This document shows positions 1 through 11,700 of a stretch of DNA of 64,000 nucleotides, one piece after another (position 1 is the stretch's first letter; every line of letters begins with the position of its first letter). The stretch spans positions 1,600,001 to 1,664,000 of the forward strand of contig CP143273.1 in NCBI GenBank assembly GCA_051013385.1. The letters run 5' to 3'. The notes beneath the pieces are model-generated. The model was not told the origin of the DNA. It did no database searches and saw only the letters and a program-made list of their open reading frames with translations. A program made the translations under genes and the position numbers. This DNA is from Phormidium sp. (GTDB lineage Bacteria > Cyanobacteriota > Cyanobacteriia > Cyanobacteriales > Aerosakkonemataceae).

Positions 1-1016
1 TGGACAATTCGCTTACCTGCACCAGTTTTTTCCCCATCAAAACCAATAATAAATCCTGCCATCGGGCGCAGTCCGGCTTGGATAATTTTCTGCACCGATT
101 CAGTTAAGGAATTGCGCGTATTTTGGAATTTTTTTGTTAAACTGAGGCTGGCTTCGTCTGGTGTTTCAATACCCAAAAATACCGCATCAAAATAGCATTG
201 TACCATCAATTCCATTAATTCTGCATCTTGCGCTAAATCGACGGAAGCTTCAGTATTAAATCGGAAAGGATAACCATGTTCGGCTTGCCAAACTTGCAAT
301 TCTTTAAGTAACAATTTGACATTGCGTTTATTGCCAATGAAATTATCATCAACCATAAACACGCCTCGTCGCCAACCTAATTCGTAAAGGTAATCTAATT
401 CAGCTAACAATTGTTGTGGCGTTTTGGTTCTAGGTTTGCGACCATATAATACAATTATATCGCAAAATTCGCATTGAAAAGGACAACCTCGTGAGAATTG
501 AATTGACATGGAATCATAAGCATCTAGTTCCAATAAATCAAAGCGAGGAATTGGTGTAAAAGTAACATCTGGTTTTTCCCCATTGGCGTGAAAGGTTCCA
601 TTTTCTGCGCCGTTTTTAATTGCTTCCACGAACATTGGTAGGGTGATTTCCCCTTCATCTAATATTAAATAATCGGCCCCTGCTCCTAGGGCTTCTTCTG
701 GTAAAGTTGTGGGATAAGGGCCACCAACGGCTACTTTTTTACCTCGTTGTTTTGCGGCTTGAATTTGGGCAATAAAGTCTTGTTTTTGGACTATCATTGC
801 TGATATAATTACTAAATCTGCACATTCCCATTCAGCTTCAGTGACAGTCCTAATATTGCGATCGACTAACTTAAATTCCCACTCCTGCGGTAAAATAGCC
901 GCTACTGTTACTAATCCTAATGGTGGTAATAGGACTTGGCGATCGACCAATTCTAAAATCTTCTCATAAGACCAAAATGTTTTCGGAAACAGGGGATAAA
1001 TTAACAAAACCTTCAT
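1..1016 (-). CDS. B12-binding radical SAM protein (runs off window start)
   Basis: Manual translation from the ATG at 1016 gives MKVLLIYPLFPKTFWSY...PPLGLVTVAA and the CxxxCxxC motif RGCPFQCEFC; not in the ORF track. Confidence 0.9.
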   Translation of the reverse strand, partial: MKVLLIYPLFPKTFWSYEKILELVDRQVLLPPLGLVTVAAILPQEWEFKLVDRNIRTVTEAEWECADLVIISAMIVQKQDFIAQIQAAKQRGKKVAVGGPYPTTLPEEALGAGADYLILDEGEITLPMFVEAIKNGAENGTFHANGEKPDVTFTPIPRFDLLELDAYDSMSIQFSRGCPFQCEFCDIIVLYGRKPRTKTPQQLLAELDYLYELGWRRGVFMVDDNFIGNKRNVKLLLKELQVWQAEHGYPFRFNTEASVDLAQDAELMELMVQCYFDAVFLGIETPDEASLSLTKKFQNTRNSLTESVQKIIQAGLRPMAGFIIGFDGEKTGAGKRIV

Positions 1017-1031
1017 AAATATTCCTCCTCA

Positions 1032-1096
1032 AGTACGTTGTTGCGCTTTAGCGCTCTTATTACTGAGATAAGAGCGCTAAAGCGCAACAACGTACT
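1032..1096. repeat. REPIN-like inverted doublet of the GT(A/T)GTTGCGCTTTAGCGC element
   Basis: Perfect 29-bp inverted repeat with a 7-nt loop; the same unit recurs at 5173, 50634, 50694, 57966 and 61627. Confidence 0.9.
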
Positions 1097-1155
1097 AATC
1101 TTAATCTCAATTATTATAACTAGCAACTTGCGTTAGTAGTTACTACACAATAGCT

Positions 1156-3345
1156 TTATTGCTCTTTATCCTCAAACGCTTGTCTGTAATCTTTAAGTCG
1201 GTTTTCCACAGTTTTGGATGAGTTATCGTTCACTGAGTTAGGTGCAATTTTACGGGGCTCACCAATGCCTCTGGTTTTTAGCACATCTTTAATTGTGGAA
1301 CAATAAACTGGTAAACCAAAGGTAGCTGGGTTAATCGCATTTGTGTAGGTAAAATGGCGATATTCCAAACAAAATCTATCCCAAGCTGCCATTTGAATGC
1401 GAAACAACCAAATCAAAATATCAGCCAACCAAGGAGATAGATTTAGCCGGAAGAAAATGGGTTTTCGCAGATATTCACAAGCTTCTTCCACAGCTTGATT
1501 GACAGTTGTTGGTTGATTTCCTAACACAAACCAGTTTTTTTGTTCTCGACTTGGGGGATTTTTCACCAAGTATAAAACTACTTGGGCAATATCTTGAGCA
1601 TGAATGAAGTGGAAACTGCCGTCAGCTTTGAAAAATCTGATGTAATTAATCCATTTTTTCAACCCTGGTAAACCAGAAGAAATATGCGAATAAGGATGTT
1701 GAGCATCTCCTCCTAAAACTAGGGTAGGAAATAGGGTGGTAACGCGATCGGCAATTGGTAATTTTAATATTCTCGTTAATCCTTCGTACTTGGAACGGAT
1801 ATACTCAGTTCCTAATTCTCTAGCTTCTTTAAGTAAGTGATTGTGTCTATCCAAAAGGCTAGCTGTGGAGAAATAAATTACCTGTTGACAAACTTTTGGA
1901 TCGAGATAGTTCAGCAATTGTAGGGTTTTAAAAACATTAACATCTAACGCTTCTTGCTGACCACCCCAAGCGGCTGCGGTTAAAATTGCACAATCCATTG
2001 TTTTTATCAATTTTGCCAAGCGAGAAATATATTTCATATCCCCTTGGATAATATTGATTCCAGGACGGTAATTGCAGTCAATTGTTAATTTTTTGGGATC
2101 TCTAACTAATAGAAACAATTCGTGTTCTGTTTCTTGAATTAGTGTTTCGGCAATATATTGACCAATGCAGCCGCTAGCACCAGTAATTAAAATTCGTAAG
2201 CAATCTTTATTTGGTTTAGTTGGTGCAGTTTCAGAGGTGAGAGGCAAAGGCGATCCAACAGAAGAGTTAATTGCCTCAGCAACTTTAGCTGTTTGGGCAA
2301 GTTTTAATTCCGGTTTTTCCTGAATTTCTCTTATTTCAAATTCCGCAGGCTGAATTTCCGGGGAACTTGACTCTCCTGTTTCCTGAATTTCCCCGGTTTC
2401 GGAAGTTTCAGAATCAGTCAAATCTGGGGCTGATTGAATTTCGAGCGCCTCCGATTCACCAACCGGAATTTCCGGGGAACTTGACTCTCCTGTTTCCTGA
2501 ATTTCCCCGGTTTCGGAAGTTTCAGAATCAGTCAAATCTGGGGCTGATTGAATTTCGAGCGCCTCCGATTCACCAACCGGAATTTCCGGGGAACTTGACT
2601 CTCCTGTTTCCTGAATTTCCCCGGTTTCGGAAGTTTCAGAATCAGTCAAATCTGGGGCTGATTGAATTTCGAGCGCCTCCGATTCAACCAGCGCAATTTC
2701 CGGGGAACTTGACTCTCCGGTTTCTTGAATTTCCCCGGTTTCGGAAGTTGCAGAATCAGTCAAATCTGGGGCTTGTTGAATTTCGAGCGCCTCCGATTCA
2801 CCAACCGGAATTTCCGGGGAATTTGACTCTCCTGTTTCCTGAATTTCCCCGGTTTCGGAAGTTTCAGAATCAGTCAAATCTGGGGCTGATTGAATTTCGA
2901 GCGCCTCCGATTCAACCAGCGCAATTTCCGGGGAACTTGACTCTCCGGTTTCTTGAATTTCCCCGGTTTCGGAAGTTTCAGAATCAGTCAAATCTGGGGC
3001 TTGTTGAATTTCGAGCGCCTCCGATTCAACCAGCGCAATTTCCGGGGAACTTGACTCTCCGGTTTCTTGAATTTCCCCGGTTTCGGAAGTTGCAGAAAAT
3101 GTCAACTCTGGGGCTTGTTGAATTTCGAGCGCCTCCGATTCAACTACCTGGATGTCGGGAGAACTTGACTCTCCTGTTTCCTGAATTTCCTCAGTTACTA
3201 AACTCTCTAAACTAGCATCTGAAGTTATTGCCTCAGATGCTTTCGAGTCATCAGATTCGGTTACAGAAATTTCAGGAGAATTCAACTCTAGGTTTTCCTG
3301 TTTGTCTGGGTTGTTTGTCTCTTCTGCTAGAGAATCACCTATCAC
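1156..3345 (-). CDS. NAD(P)-dependent epimerase/dehydratase with long acidic repetitive N-terminal extension
   Basis: Rossmann motif ILITGASGCIG and YxxxK (YIRSK); N-terminal half consists of 38-aa repeats. Confidence 0.85.
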   Translation of the reverse strand: MIGDSLAEETNNPDKQENLELNSPEISVTESDDSKASEAITSDASLESLVTEEIQETGESSSPDIQVVESEALEIQQAPELTFSATSETGEIQETGESSSPEIALVESEALEIQQAPDLTDSETSETGEIQETGESSSPEIALVESEALEIQSAPDLTDSETSETGEIQETGESNSPEIPVGESEALEIQQAPDLTDSATSETGEIQETGESSSPEIALVESEALEIQSAPDLTDSETSETGEIQETGESSSPEIPVGESEALEIQSAPDLTDSETSETGEIQETGESSSPEIPVGESEALEIQSAPDLTDSETSETGEIQETGESSSPEIQPAEFEIREIQEKPELKLAQTAKVAEAINSSVGSPLPLTSETAPTKPNKDCLRILITGASGCIGQYIAETLIQETEHELFLLVRDPKKLTIDCNYRPGINIIQGDMKYISRLAKLIKTMDCAILTAAAWGGQQEALDVNVFKTLQLLNYLDPKVCQQVIYFSTASLLDRHNHLLKEARELGTEYIRSKYEGLTRILKLPIADRVTTLFPTLVLGGDAQHPYSHISSGLPGLKKWINYIRFFKADGSFHFIHAQDIAQVVLYLVKNPPSREQKNWFVLGNQPTTVNQAVEEACEYLRKPIFFRLNLSPWLADILIWLFRIQMAAWDRFCLEYRHFTYTNAINPATFGLPVYCSTIKDVLKTRGIGEPRKIAPNSVNDNSSKTVENRLKDYRQAFEDKEQ
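2350..3190. repeat. 114-bp coding tandem repeat, about 7.3 copies
   Basis: GGGGAACTTGACTCT-like anchor at 2360, 2474, 2588, 2702, 2816, 2930, 3044 and 3158. Confidence 0.95.
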
Positions 3346-3400
3346 CTATCACCTCTGAAATTCTATCTTCTATTCAATGCCCCAATTTTAATGCAGAACT

Positions 3401-4465
3401 TCAGGCATGAATGGTGAGCAATTTATCAGCTTGCTTGGCAGTTTCAAAGAAGAAAGCGACATTTTCTTCGGGAGTAGTTGGTAAAACGCCGTGACCCAAA
3501 TTAAGGATATGACCTTTTTTACCAGCTTTGCGAATTGTATCTAAAACGCGATCGCGGATAAAGTCCTGAGAACCATACAAAACGCAAGGGTCAATATTCC
3601 CCTGCACTCCCATGTTTTCGCCCAATCTTACTCTTGCTTCTGCCATATCCACCGTCCAGTCTACACTGACGATATCTACACCAGATTTGCTCATGCGATC
3701 GAGAATTCCCGCACTGCCATTAATATAAAGAATCATTGGCGTATCTGGGTGTGTCGCCTTAACTTGTTCTACCACACGCCGTTGATAAGGCATGGCAAAA
3801 GTTTCATAATCTTGGGGACTTAATTGCCCAGCCCAAGAATCAAACATTTGCACGACTTGGGCTCCGCTGTCAATCTGATATCTTACATAAATGGCGATCG
3901 CATCTGCCAATTTACCCAAGAACTCATGTAACAAGCTTGGCTCAGTAAAAGCCATACTCTTAATAATTGTGTAATCCTTGGAAGACTTGCCCTCAATAGC
4001 ATAAGCCGCCAAAGTCCAAGGCGCACCCACAAAACCCAAAACCGTCGCCTTGTCGCCCACTTCGCCCCGTAAAATATGTAAAATTTCCCGAATAAACGGC
4101 AAAGAAACTTCTGGTTCTAAGGGTTTGAGGTTTTTCACCTGTTCTAAGCTGCGAACCGGAGGATCGATTACAGGCCCTCGGCTTTCTATGATATCGAAAG
4201 GTATACCAATTCCGGGCAGTGGAGTTAAAATATCCGAAAATAAAATTACTCCATCGGGTTGGAAAGCACGGAAAGGTTGCAGGGAAATTTCCACTGCTAA
4301 ATCTACATTTTCTGAGCGATCGCGAAACGAGGGATACTTATCTCGTAACTCGCGATAAGCTTTCATATAGCGTCCTGCTTGTCGCATCATCCACACAGGC
4401 GGACGTTCCAACACTTCGCCCCGCGCCGCCCGCAACAGATAAGGAACCTGGGTTGACCCAGCCAT
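3401..4465 (-). CDS. hemE: uroporphyrinogen decarboxylase
   Basis: [17 protein letters not shown] and NLGHG motifs. Confidence 0.98.
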   Translation of the reverse strand: MAGSTQVPYLLRAARGEVLERPPVWMMRQAGRYMKAYRELRDKYPSFRDRSENVDLAVEISLQPFRAFQPDGVILFSDILTPLPGIGIPFDIIESRGPVIDPPVRSLEQVKNLKPLEPEVSLPFIREILHILRGEVGDKATVLGFVGAPWTLAAYAIEGKSSKDYTIIKSMAFTEPSLLHEFLGKLADAIAIYVRYQIDSGAQVVQMFDSWAGQLSPQDYETFAMPYQRRVVEQVKATHPDTPMILYINGSAGILDRMSKSGVDIVSVDWTVDMAEARVRLGENMGVQGNIDPCVLYGSQDFIRDRVLDTIRKAGKKGHILNLGHGVLPTTPEENVAFFFETAKQADKLLTIHA

Positions 4466-4682
4466 CTAAATTCGTCCTATATTAGTTTTTTAAGTGCATT
4501 TGTTAGCTTATCATTCATCAACACATTTATTCGCATTTCTTTTTGTTTCTTCTAGATTTACAAACCTTTCCCTCACACCTCATCTATTAAAATTAAAATA
4601 TGCAAATTCAATATATATCAGATAAAGCTTTTCAATGTTAAAATTTCAGCCAATAAAAGTTTACAAACTAAAAGGAGTTTAT

Positions 4683-5165
4683 ATGTATAAGAAAATTTTG
4701 GTAGCAATGGACAGTTCAGAAATTAGCCAAAAAGTATTTAATTCAGCACTGTCTCTAGGAAAACAGAATAACGCTACCTTAATGCTGCTGCACGTCCTCA
4801 CAGACGAAGAAATTGGTCTGGCAGAAATTGCCTCACAACAAATTTCTGCCTTAGAATATCACGCTGCAATGGTGGAGCAAGTAGAAACTTACCTGAAAGA
4901 AAAAGAGCTTTCTCGCAAAAAATACTTAACTTTATTAGAATCCTGGGCTAAAGAAGCCGCTGATGCCGGAGTTCGGGCTGAATATACTCTTAATTATGGT
5001 GGCCCCGGTCGGGTAATTTGCGACTTAGCTAAAAATTGGGATGCGGATTTAATTATTATGGGTCGTCGCGGTCTTTCCGGCTTGGGCGAATTACTCATGG
5101 GCAGCATCAGCAATTACGTAGTTCACCATTCTCCCTGTTCTGTCCTCATTGTCCAACAGAAGTAG
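4683..5165 (+). CDS. universal stress protein
   Basis: MYKKILVAMD start; ADLIIMGRRG...MGSIS...PCSVLIV. Confidence 0.95.
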   Translation: MYKKILVAMDSSEISQKVFNSALSLGKQNNATLMLLHVLTDEEIGLAEIASQQISALEYHAAMVEQVETYLKEKELSRKKYLTLLESWAKEAADAGVRAEYTLNYGGPGRVICDLAKNWDADLIIMGRRGLSGLGELLMGSISNYVVHHSPCSVLIVQQK

Positions 5166-5172
5166 GCAGAGA

Positions 5173-5224
5173 GTACGTAGTTGCGCTTTAGCGCTATCGG
5201 TGGCGCTAAAGCGCAACTACGTAC
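5173..5224. repeat. REPIN-like inverted doublet between convergent genes (may also terminate transcription)
   Basis: 22-bp perfect inverted repeat GTACGTAGTTGCGCTTTAGCGC. Confidence 0.9.
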
Positions 5225-5227
5225 CTT

Positions 5228-6211
5228 TTACTCAAAACTCAAAACTCCTGCATCTGCGTCTAGTTGAGCTAAAATTCCTACAGGTAAGGTAGCATTGGGG
5301 CCGTCGTGACCGAAGGGTAGATCGGAAACAATGGGGATGCCAAGGTTACAGAGACGATCGCGCAATACTTCTTCGATCGCTAAACTGGGAATATTGGGTG
5401 GCGCTTCACAACGGCTGAATCTGCCTAAAGCAATGCCTTTGACTTTGGAGAAAATTCCACTCATCCGCCATTGCGTTAATTGTCGGTCAATGCGGTAGGG
5501 AAATTCGGTGACATCTTCCAAAGCTAAAATTACCCCGTCGAATTCTGGTTGCAGCGGTGTACCTAACAAATGAGTCGCTACGGTTAAATTAGCTGGAAGT
5601 AAAACCCCGCTAACTTTACCTCCCCCCCAACCTACACCAGGCAAGGGTTTGAGGCAACGTCCTTCTACCCAATCAAACAACCTTTCAATTGACCATTCTG
5701 GCTCAGAAGCGATCGTAGTTAACATCGGCCCATGTACGCCAGAAATCCCCACTTTTCCCAAACTCCAAAGTAGCGCCGTCACATCAGAAAAACCGATTAA
5801 CCATTTGACTGGGGATGACAGGCAAGATGCCTGTCCTACGGGACTGGGGATGACAGGCAAGATGCCTGTCCTACGGGACTGGGAGGTGGAGGGAATATTT
5901 TCCCCATCTCCCCAACTCCAATCCTCCAACAACCGAGTGCTGCCAAAACCGCCTCTAGCGCAGAGAATCCCCTTGACATCTGGGTTAAACCATGCTTCTT
6001 TTAATTGATAGCGGCGATGTTGGTCTTGACCAGCTAAGTATCCCCAACGTTCGGTGATGCCGTCGCAGATTTGGACTTGGTAGCCGTGCTTTCGCCAAAT
6101 TTCCACACCGTTTTCAAACGCTGACATTTCCCGCAATGCACCACTAGGCGCGATTACTTGGAGTAAATCTCCGGGTTGCAAAGGGGCGGGAATTTGGCAC
6201 AATTTGATCAT
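5228..6211 (-). CDS. LD-carboxypeptidase (S66)
   Basis: ARGGFG, IGFSD, LEDV and FGH motifs; contains an in-frame repeat insertion. Confidence 0.93.
   Translation of the reverse strand: MIKLCQIPAPLQPGDLLQVIAPSGALREMSAFENGVEIWRKHGYQVQICDGITERWGYLAGQDQHRRYQLKEAWFNPDVKGILCARGGFGSTRLLEDWSWGDGENIPSTSQSRRTGILPVIPSPVGQASCLSSPVKWLIGFSDVTALLWSLGKVGISGVHGPMLTTIASEPEWSIERLFDWVEGRCLKPLPGVGWGGGKVSGVLLPANLTVATHLLGTPLQPEFDGVILALEDVTEFPYRIDRQLTQWRMSGIFSKVKGIALGRFSRCEAPPNIPSLAIEEVLRDRLCNLGIPIVSDLPFGHDGPNATLPVGILAQLDADAGVLSFE
5807..5884. repeat. 35-bp tandem duplication containing a GTAG-type palindrome, inside the CDS
   Basis: GACTGGGGATGACAGGCAAGATGCCTGTCCTACGG, about 2.2 copies. Confidence 0.9.
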
Positions 6212-6276
6212 TGGAATAGATAAACCTTAATATTTTTCAGGGATTAATTGTTAATTGTATTTTCCATTAAGCAGTA

Positions 6277-8598
6277 ATGAGAATTTTGTTGATTGAAGAT
6301 GACGAAATGCTAACAAATGTGCTTTTAGATTCTCTCACCAGTCAGCACTATTTGGTAGATGCGATCGCAGATGGAGAATTAGGTTGGGAATATGTCCAAA
6401 GTACGCCTTACGATCTAATTTTAATGGATGTGGGATTGCCGAAATTAGATGGTATTAGTTTATGTAGTAAATTGCGTCTTTCTGGTTGCAGCACTCCGAT
6501 TTTATTAATGACTGCTAAGGATGCTAATAGCGATCGGATTCGCGGATTAGACGCAGGTGCAGACGACTACTTAATTAAACCATTAGATTTAGCCGAACTT
6601 CATGCTAGAGTGAGAGCCTTATTGCGGCGAGGAGAAGTTCCCCACACACCAGTTTTACAAGTAGGAGAACTCAAGTTAGATCCTAGTAGTTGCCAGGTAA
6701 CTTTTCAAGAAAAAGTTTTAGCATTAACCCCAAAAGAATACAACCTTTTAGAGTTATTTTTAAGAAATCCCTCACGAGTATTCAGTCGCGCCAATATTGT
6801 CGAACATCTTTGGTCATTCGACGATCCACCACTAGAAGAAAGCGTTAAAGCACATATTAAAGGATTGCGCCAAAAAATGCGAAATGCAGGCGCAGGAAAT
6901 TGGATTGAAAACGTTTATGGTTTAGGATATCGCCTCAACCCAGAACAGGCAAACAGTGAAAATGCCAAATCTAAAACTGCCGATTCAAAAATAAATACTT
7001 CCCCATCGGTAGAAGAACAATTTAATCAAGCGATGGAGGTAATGTGGCAAAAATATCAGGGTTTAATGGCAGAACGCTTAGAGGTTTTACAAACAGCAGC
7101 AACAGCTATTAAAACCGGACAAATAGCTGATGATTTGCGCCTTGCAGCAAGCAAAGAAGCGCATAAATTAGCTGGCGTTTTGGGAATGTTTGAATGGGAA
7201 TCTGGAACTAAAATTGCTAAAGAAATAGAACAAATTTTGGAGTCCGATCGGTTACTTCTCGAAACCAAAGTTTTGTCACTGATTGAAGATTTAGGTAATG
7301 GGATTAAAGACAGGGGACAAGGACAAAGCAAAGCAGAAAGTTCGCAACTAAAACCTGCTGCTTTTCAGAAAAGTCCCTCAACGGATACGCGATTATTATT
7401 AATCGATCCTAACCCGAAACTTGGTGAAAGTTTGCAAGAACTAACGCAATCAACCGGGGAAAATTGGTCACAAGTAAAAAGTTTAGAAGCAGCTAAAGAT
7501 TGGTTACAAAAAAAATCTCCTGACTTAGTAGTGTTGAGTATTGATGAGGTAGGAAAACGGAAGAAAAGCTTGGAGTTATTAACAGATTTAGCGCAACGCA
7601 CGCCAGTAGTTCCTGTAATTGTCCTCGCTGCTGGAGATTGTTTGGTAGACAGAATCACAGTGGCGCGTTCTGGAGGCAAAGGATTTTTAACAAAACCTGT
7701 AACAGCTACTCAAATTTGGGATTTAGCTTCGCAAATTTTACAGCAAAGTCGTCGCCAAACTGTTAATTTATTAGTAGTAGATGATGACCCAATGTTTCTG
7801 GCAACTTTACCGCCAATGTTGTCACCTTGGGGAATGCGAATCACGGGTTTAGACGATCCTCTAAAATTTTGGGAAGTGTTAAAAGATGTCGCTCCAAATT
7901 TACTAATTTTAGATGTAGAAATGCCTCACATTAGTGGGATTGAGCTTTGTCAGGCGGTGCGTAGCGATCCGAATTGGCAAGAGTTACCAATTTTGTTTTT
8001 GACTGCTCATCGAGATGTAAATATTATTCAACAAGTGTTTGCTGCTGGTGCAGATGATTATTTGGTTAAACCTGTAGTGGCGGTGGAATTATTAACCAGA
8101 ATTACTAATCGTTTAGAACGTAATCGTTTACTGCAAACTCTTTCGACTAAAGATCCGCAAACTGGGGTTTTAAATCAGATCAAATCTAGTGGAGATTTGT
8201 CAAGTTTGCTCAAGCAAGCAGAGGTAAATAAATATGCCGTTTGTTTGGCAATTTTTACTGTTTCCCAACTGCGTCAAATTAATATCCAGTATGGACATAA
8301 TGTGGGAAATCAGGTGTTACAAAGATGGGGGCAATTATTTCAATCTACTTTTCGCGGTGATGAGGTTTTAGGTTATTGGGGAAATGGGGAATTTGTGGTG
8401 GGAATGCCTGGTTTAAGTAAGTCGGAAGTTGGCGATCGCCTAACTGATATTTTAACTACTCTGCGACAACAAGTGTTCACTGCACCGGATGGTAGTCGTT
8501 TTCAAGTAAGTTGTAATTTCGCAATTGTAGAATATCCGACTGAGGGAATGACGCTACAATCCCTTTATCAAGTTGCCAGTAGGGACAGGGCATCATAA
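6277..8598 (+). CDS. multi-domain response regulator (REC-OmpR wHTH-HPt-REC-REC-degenerate GGDEF)
   Basis: MRILLIEDD, NVYGLGYRL, AHKLAGVLG (HPt), further REC domains, and WGNGEF in place of GGDEF. Confidence 0.9.
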   Translation: MRILLIEDDEMLTNVLLDSLTSQHYLVDAIADGELGWEYVQSTPYDLILMDVGLPKLDGISLCSKLRLSGCSTPILLMTAKDANSDRIRGLDAGADDYLIKPLDLAELHARVRALLRRGEVPHTPVLQVGELKLDPSSCQVTFQEKVLALTPKEYNLLELFLRNPSRVFSRANIVEHLWSFDDPPLEESVKAHIKGLRQKMRNAGAGNWIENVYGLGYRLNPEQANSENAKSKTADSKINTSPSVEEQFNQAMEVMWQKYQGLMAERLEVLQTAATAIKTGQIADDLRLAASKEAHKLAGVLGMFEWESGTKIAKEIEQILESDRLLLETKVLSLIEDLGNGIKDRGQGQSKAESSQLKPAAFQKSPSTDTRLLLIDPNPKLGESLQELTQSTGENWSQVKSLEAAKDWLQKKSPDLVVLSIDEVGKRKKSLELLTDLAQRTPVVPVIVLAAGDCLVDRITVARSGGKGFLTKPVTATQIWDLASQILQQSRRQTVNLLVVDDDPMFLATLPPMLSPWGMRITGLDDPLKFWEVLKDVAPNLLILDVEMPHISGIELCQAVRSDPNWQELPILFLTAHRDVNIIQQVFAAGADDYLVKPVVAVELLTRITNRLERNRLLQTLSTKDPQTGVLNQIKSSGDLSSLLKQAEVNKYAVCLAIFTVSQLRQINIQYGHNVGNQVLQRWGQLFQSTFRGDEVLGYWGNGEFVVGMPGLSKSEVGDRLTDILTTLRQQVFTAPDGSRFQVSCNFAIVEYPTEGMTLQSLYQVASRDRAS

Positions 8599-8742
8599 AT
8601 ATCTTGGTGTAAAGTAAAATTTTAATCATGCCGTGTCCCTACCTTTATATGGGGATAAAGTGTAATTATTTGAGATTTGCCATTTTAAAATCTAAAGTCT
8701 AAGATCTAATATCGATTGACTTTTTAATAGGGAACCTAAATT

Positions 8743-11700
8743 ATGGGCAACAGAAAGTCAAAGTCGGGAAATCAACTGCAAGCAACTATTAGTAAAATGG
8801 AAGTGGCGCTAAATGCGATCGCAGATGCAGTTGTTTTTTTAGACCAAAATCACCAAATAGAATGGTGTAATTCTGCTTTTACTCGCCTCATCAAAGCAAG
8901 TGCTTCAATTGTTGGTAGTAATTTCTGCGAATTATTACCTTTACAACAAGCGGAAAACCCCCTAACTTCTGATGCTTATCCAGATAGAAAAATTATCAAT
9001 GGGGAATATGAAACCACAGTATATGAATTCATCCAAAATGATAATAAATTAAATTTAAAAATCTCCGGTAATTTAGTAGAAGTAAGCAATAATATTCCGG
9101 CGGTTATTTTAGTAATTGAAGATGTCACTCCCCAAACTCAGTCAACCAATCAGTCACAAGAACAGCAAGAATATTTATCTTTATTACAAGCGACTTTAGA
9201 ATCAACTGCTGATGGAATTTTAGTAGTAAATCGTTCCCGCAATGCCCCAATTTATAATCAGAAATTTTTACAAATGTGGGGAATGCCAGAAGAGTTATTA
9301 CTACCGGGAAGAGAAGATGAAAGATTGCAATTTTTAGCGCAACAAACCAAAGATCCCGAAGATTTTATTGCGAAGATTTGGGATTTATTTATTAATCATC
9401 CAGAAGCAGTAGCTTTAGATTTTGTCGAGTTTAAAGACGATCGAATTTTTGAACGTTATTCTCAACCGCAATGGAAAGATCAGGAAATTATTGGTCGAGT
9501 TTGGAGTTTTCGCGACATTACAGAACAGAAGAAAACTGAAGAAAGATTAAGGTTTAGTCAGTTTGCTTTAGATCAAATTTCTGATAATGTTGGTTGTTGC
9601 GATGAAGAGGGAAGGATTTATTATGTTAATCAAGCTTCTTGTCGGTTATTGGGATTTCCTAGAGAAGAATTACTGGGATTAACAGTTCATGATATCGATC
9701 CTAACTATCCTAAAGAAATTTGGCCCGAACATTGGCAAGAACTTAAAGAGAAAGGAAGTCTAACTTTTGAATCTATTATCCGTTCCAAGACGGGAGATTT
9801 AATTCCAATAGAAGTCTCTGCTTATTATTTAGAATTTGATGGCAAAGGATTAGATTTCAGCTTTTCTAAAAATATCACCGAACGTAAACAAGCAGAAGCA
9901 GCATTGCGCCGCAGTGAATTAAGATTTCGGCGGTTGTTTGAAAACTCTCAAGTAGGAATTCTTTTAACCAGAATTGAAGATGGATTAATTTTAGATGCTA
10001 ATCAAAAGTTTATTGAACTAACAGGATATGATTCTCCCGATCAGGTAATTAAAAAGAAATATACTAGGGATTTTTATATTCATGAAGGCGATCGCCAATT
10101 CGCTGTCAATCAAGTATTACAAAACGGTCAATTACACAACTATGAAGTTCAATTTCGCCGTCGCGATGGTACAATACTTTGGTTATTATGTTCTGTCCGG
10201 TTAAATGTAGAAGAAAATTGTTTAGAAGGTGTAGTAACGGATATTACCGATCGCAAACAATCAGAAGAAGCATTGCGACGTAGCGAACTAAAATATCGCC
10301 ATATTTTTGAGAATTCATTAGTAGGAATTGGACGTTCTCGGTTATCAGATGGATTGTTTTTGGATGCTAATCAACCCTGTGCGGAAATTATCGGTTATAA
10401 ATCTGCAAAAGAATTAATTGGTAAACGTCGTGCTGGGGAATTTCATGTTAATTCCAATGACCGTACTTGGATGATATCCCAAATGGAACAAAATGGCGAA
10501 CTTCGCAATTTTGAAATTCAATTATATCGCCAAGATGGAGGAACTAGTTGGGGCTTATTTTCGGCGCGAATTAATGCCGAGGAATCTTGCTTAGAATTTA
10601 TGATTGTGGATATTAGCGATCGCAAACGATTAGAAGAAGAAGTTAAACAATCTCAACAATTTTTAGATACCATTATTAATAACATTCCTTTAGGGCTATT
10701 TGCCAAAGATAATAATAATGATTTTCGCTACGTATTAATTAACAAAAATGCCGAAAAGATTTTAGGCTTTACCAAAGAACAAGGACTTGGTTTTAACGAT
10801 CATGAATTAATTCCCCAAAAATCAGCAGACTTTTTCCGGCAACAGGATTTAACAGTAGTAGAACAAGGTACATTATTAGAAGATCCAGAAATGGAAATTA
10901 CTACTGCTAATCAGGAGAAAATTTTAAGCCGAATTTTAAAATTCCCGCTGTTTGATAGTCAAAACCGGATTACTCACTTATTATGTATTTCCGAAGATAT
11001 TACCGATCGCAAACATAGAGAACAAGCTTTACGATTAATTGTTGAAGGAACAGCGGCAAAAACAGGCGACGAATTCTTTAATTCCTGTGTGCGTTATCTC
11101 GCTTCTGTATTAAGAGTTCGTTACTCTTTAGTAACACAATTTACGAATGAAACTAAAACTAAAGTTCGTACTTTAGCAATTTGGGCAGAAAACAGATTAA
11201 AAGAAAACTTTGAATATAACTGGCGGGGAACGCCTTGTGAAAGTATTTTATTAGGACAAACTTGCTACTATCCACAAAATATTCAAAAATTGTTTCCTAA
11301 CGATCGAGATTTAGCTACTATTGCTGCAGAAAGTTACTTAGGAATTCCCTTAACTAATTCATCAGGTGAAATCTTGGGTCATTTAGCAGTAATGGATGTT
11401 AAACCAATGGAAAATGACCCTGGAAGAGAGCTAATTTTACGAATTTTTGCCGCCCGTGCTGGTGCAGAATTAGAGCGCAAACAAGCAGAAGAAGCAATAG
11501 AAAGTCGGGCGAAAAGAGAAAGTTTAGTTAGTTGTATTTCTCGTCAGTTTATCGACCAAGATGTGAACACAGCACTTAATTTTACATTAAAAGCGATCGC
11601 CAAATTCCTAGAAGTAGAACGTAGTTGCATCTTTGAATTATCAGAAAATCAAAAACAAATTTTCCTAATCGGTGAATGGTATGCAGAGGGAATTCAACCA

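Noticed and set aside
2350..3190. Possible CRISPR array
   Set aside because: The units are contiguous near-identical coding repeats with no unique spacers.
2367..3215. 282-aa plus-strand repetitive ORF
   Set aside because: Antisense shadow of the 114-bp coding repeat; it stays open only because the unit lacks stops in that frame.
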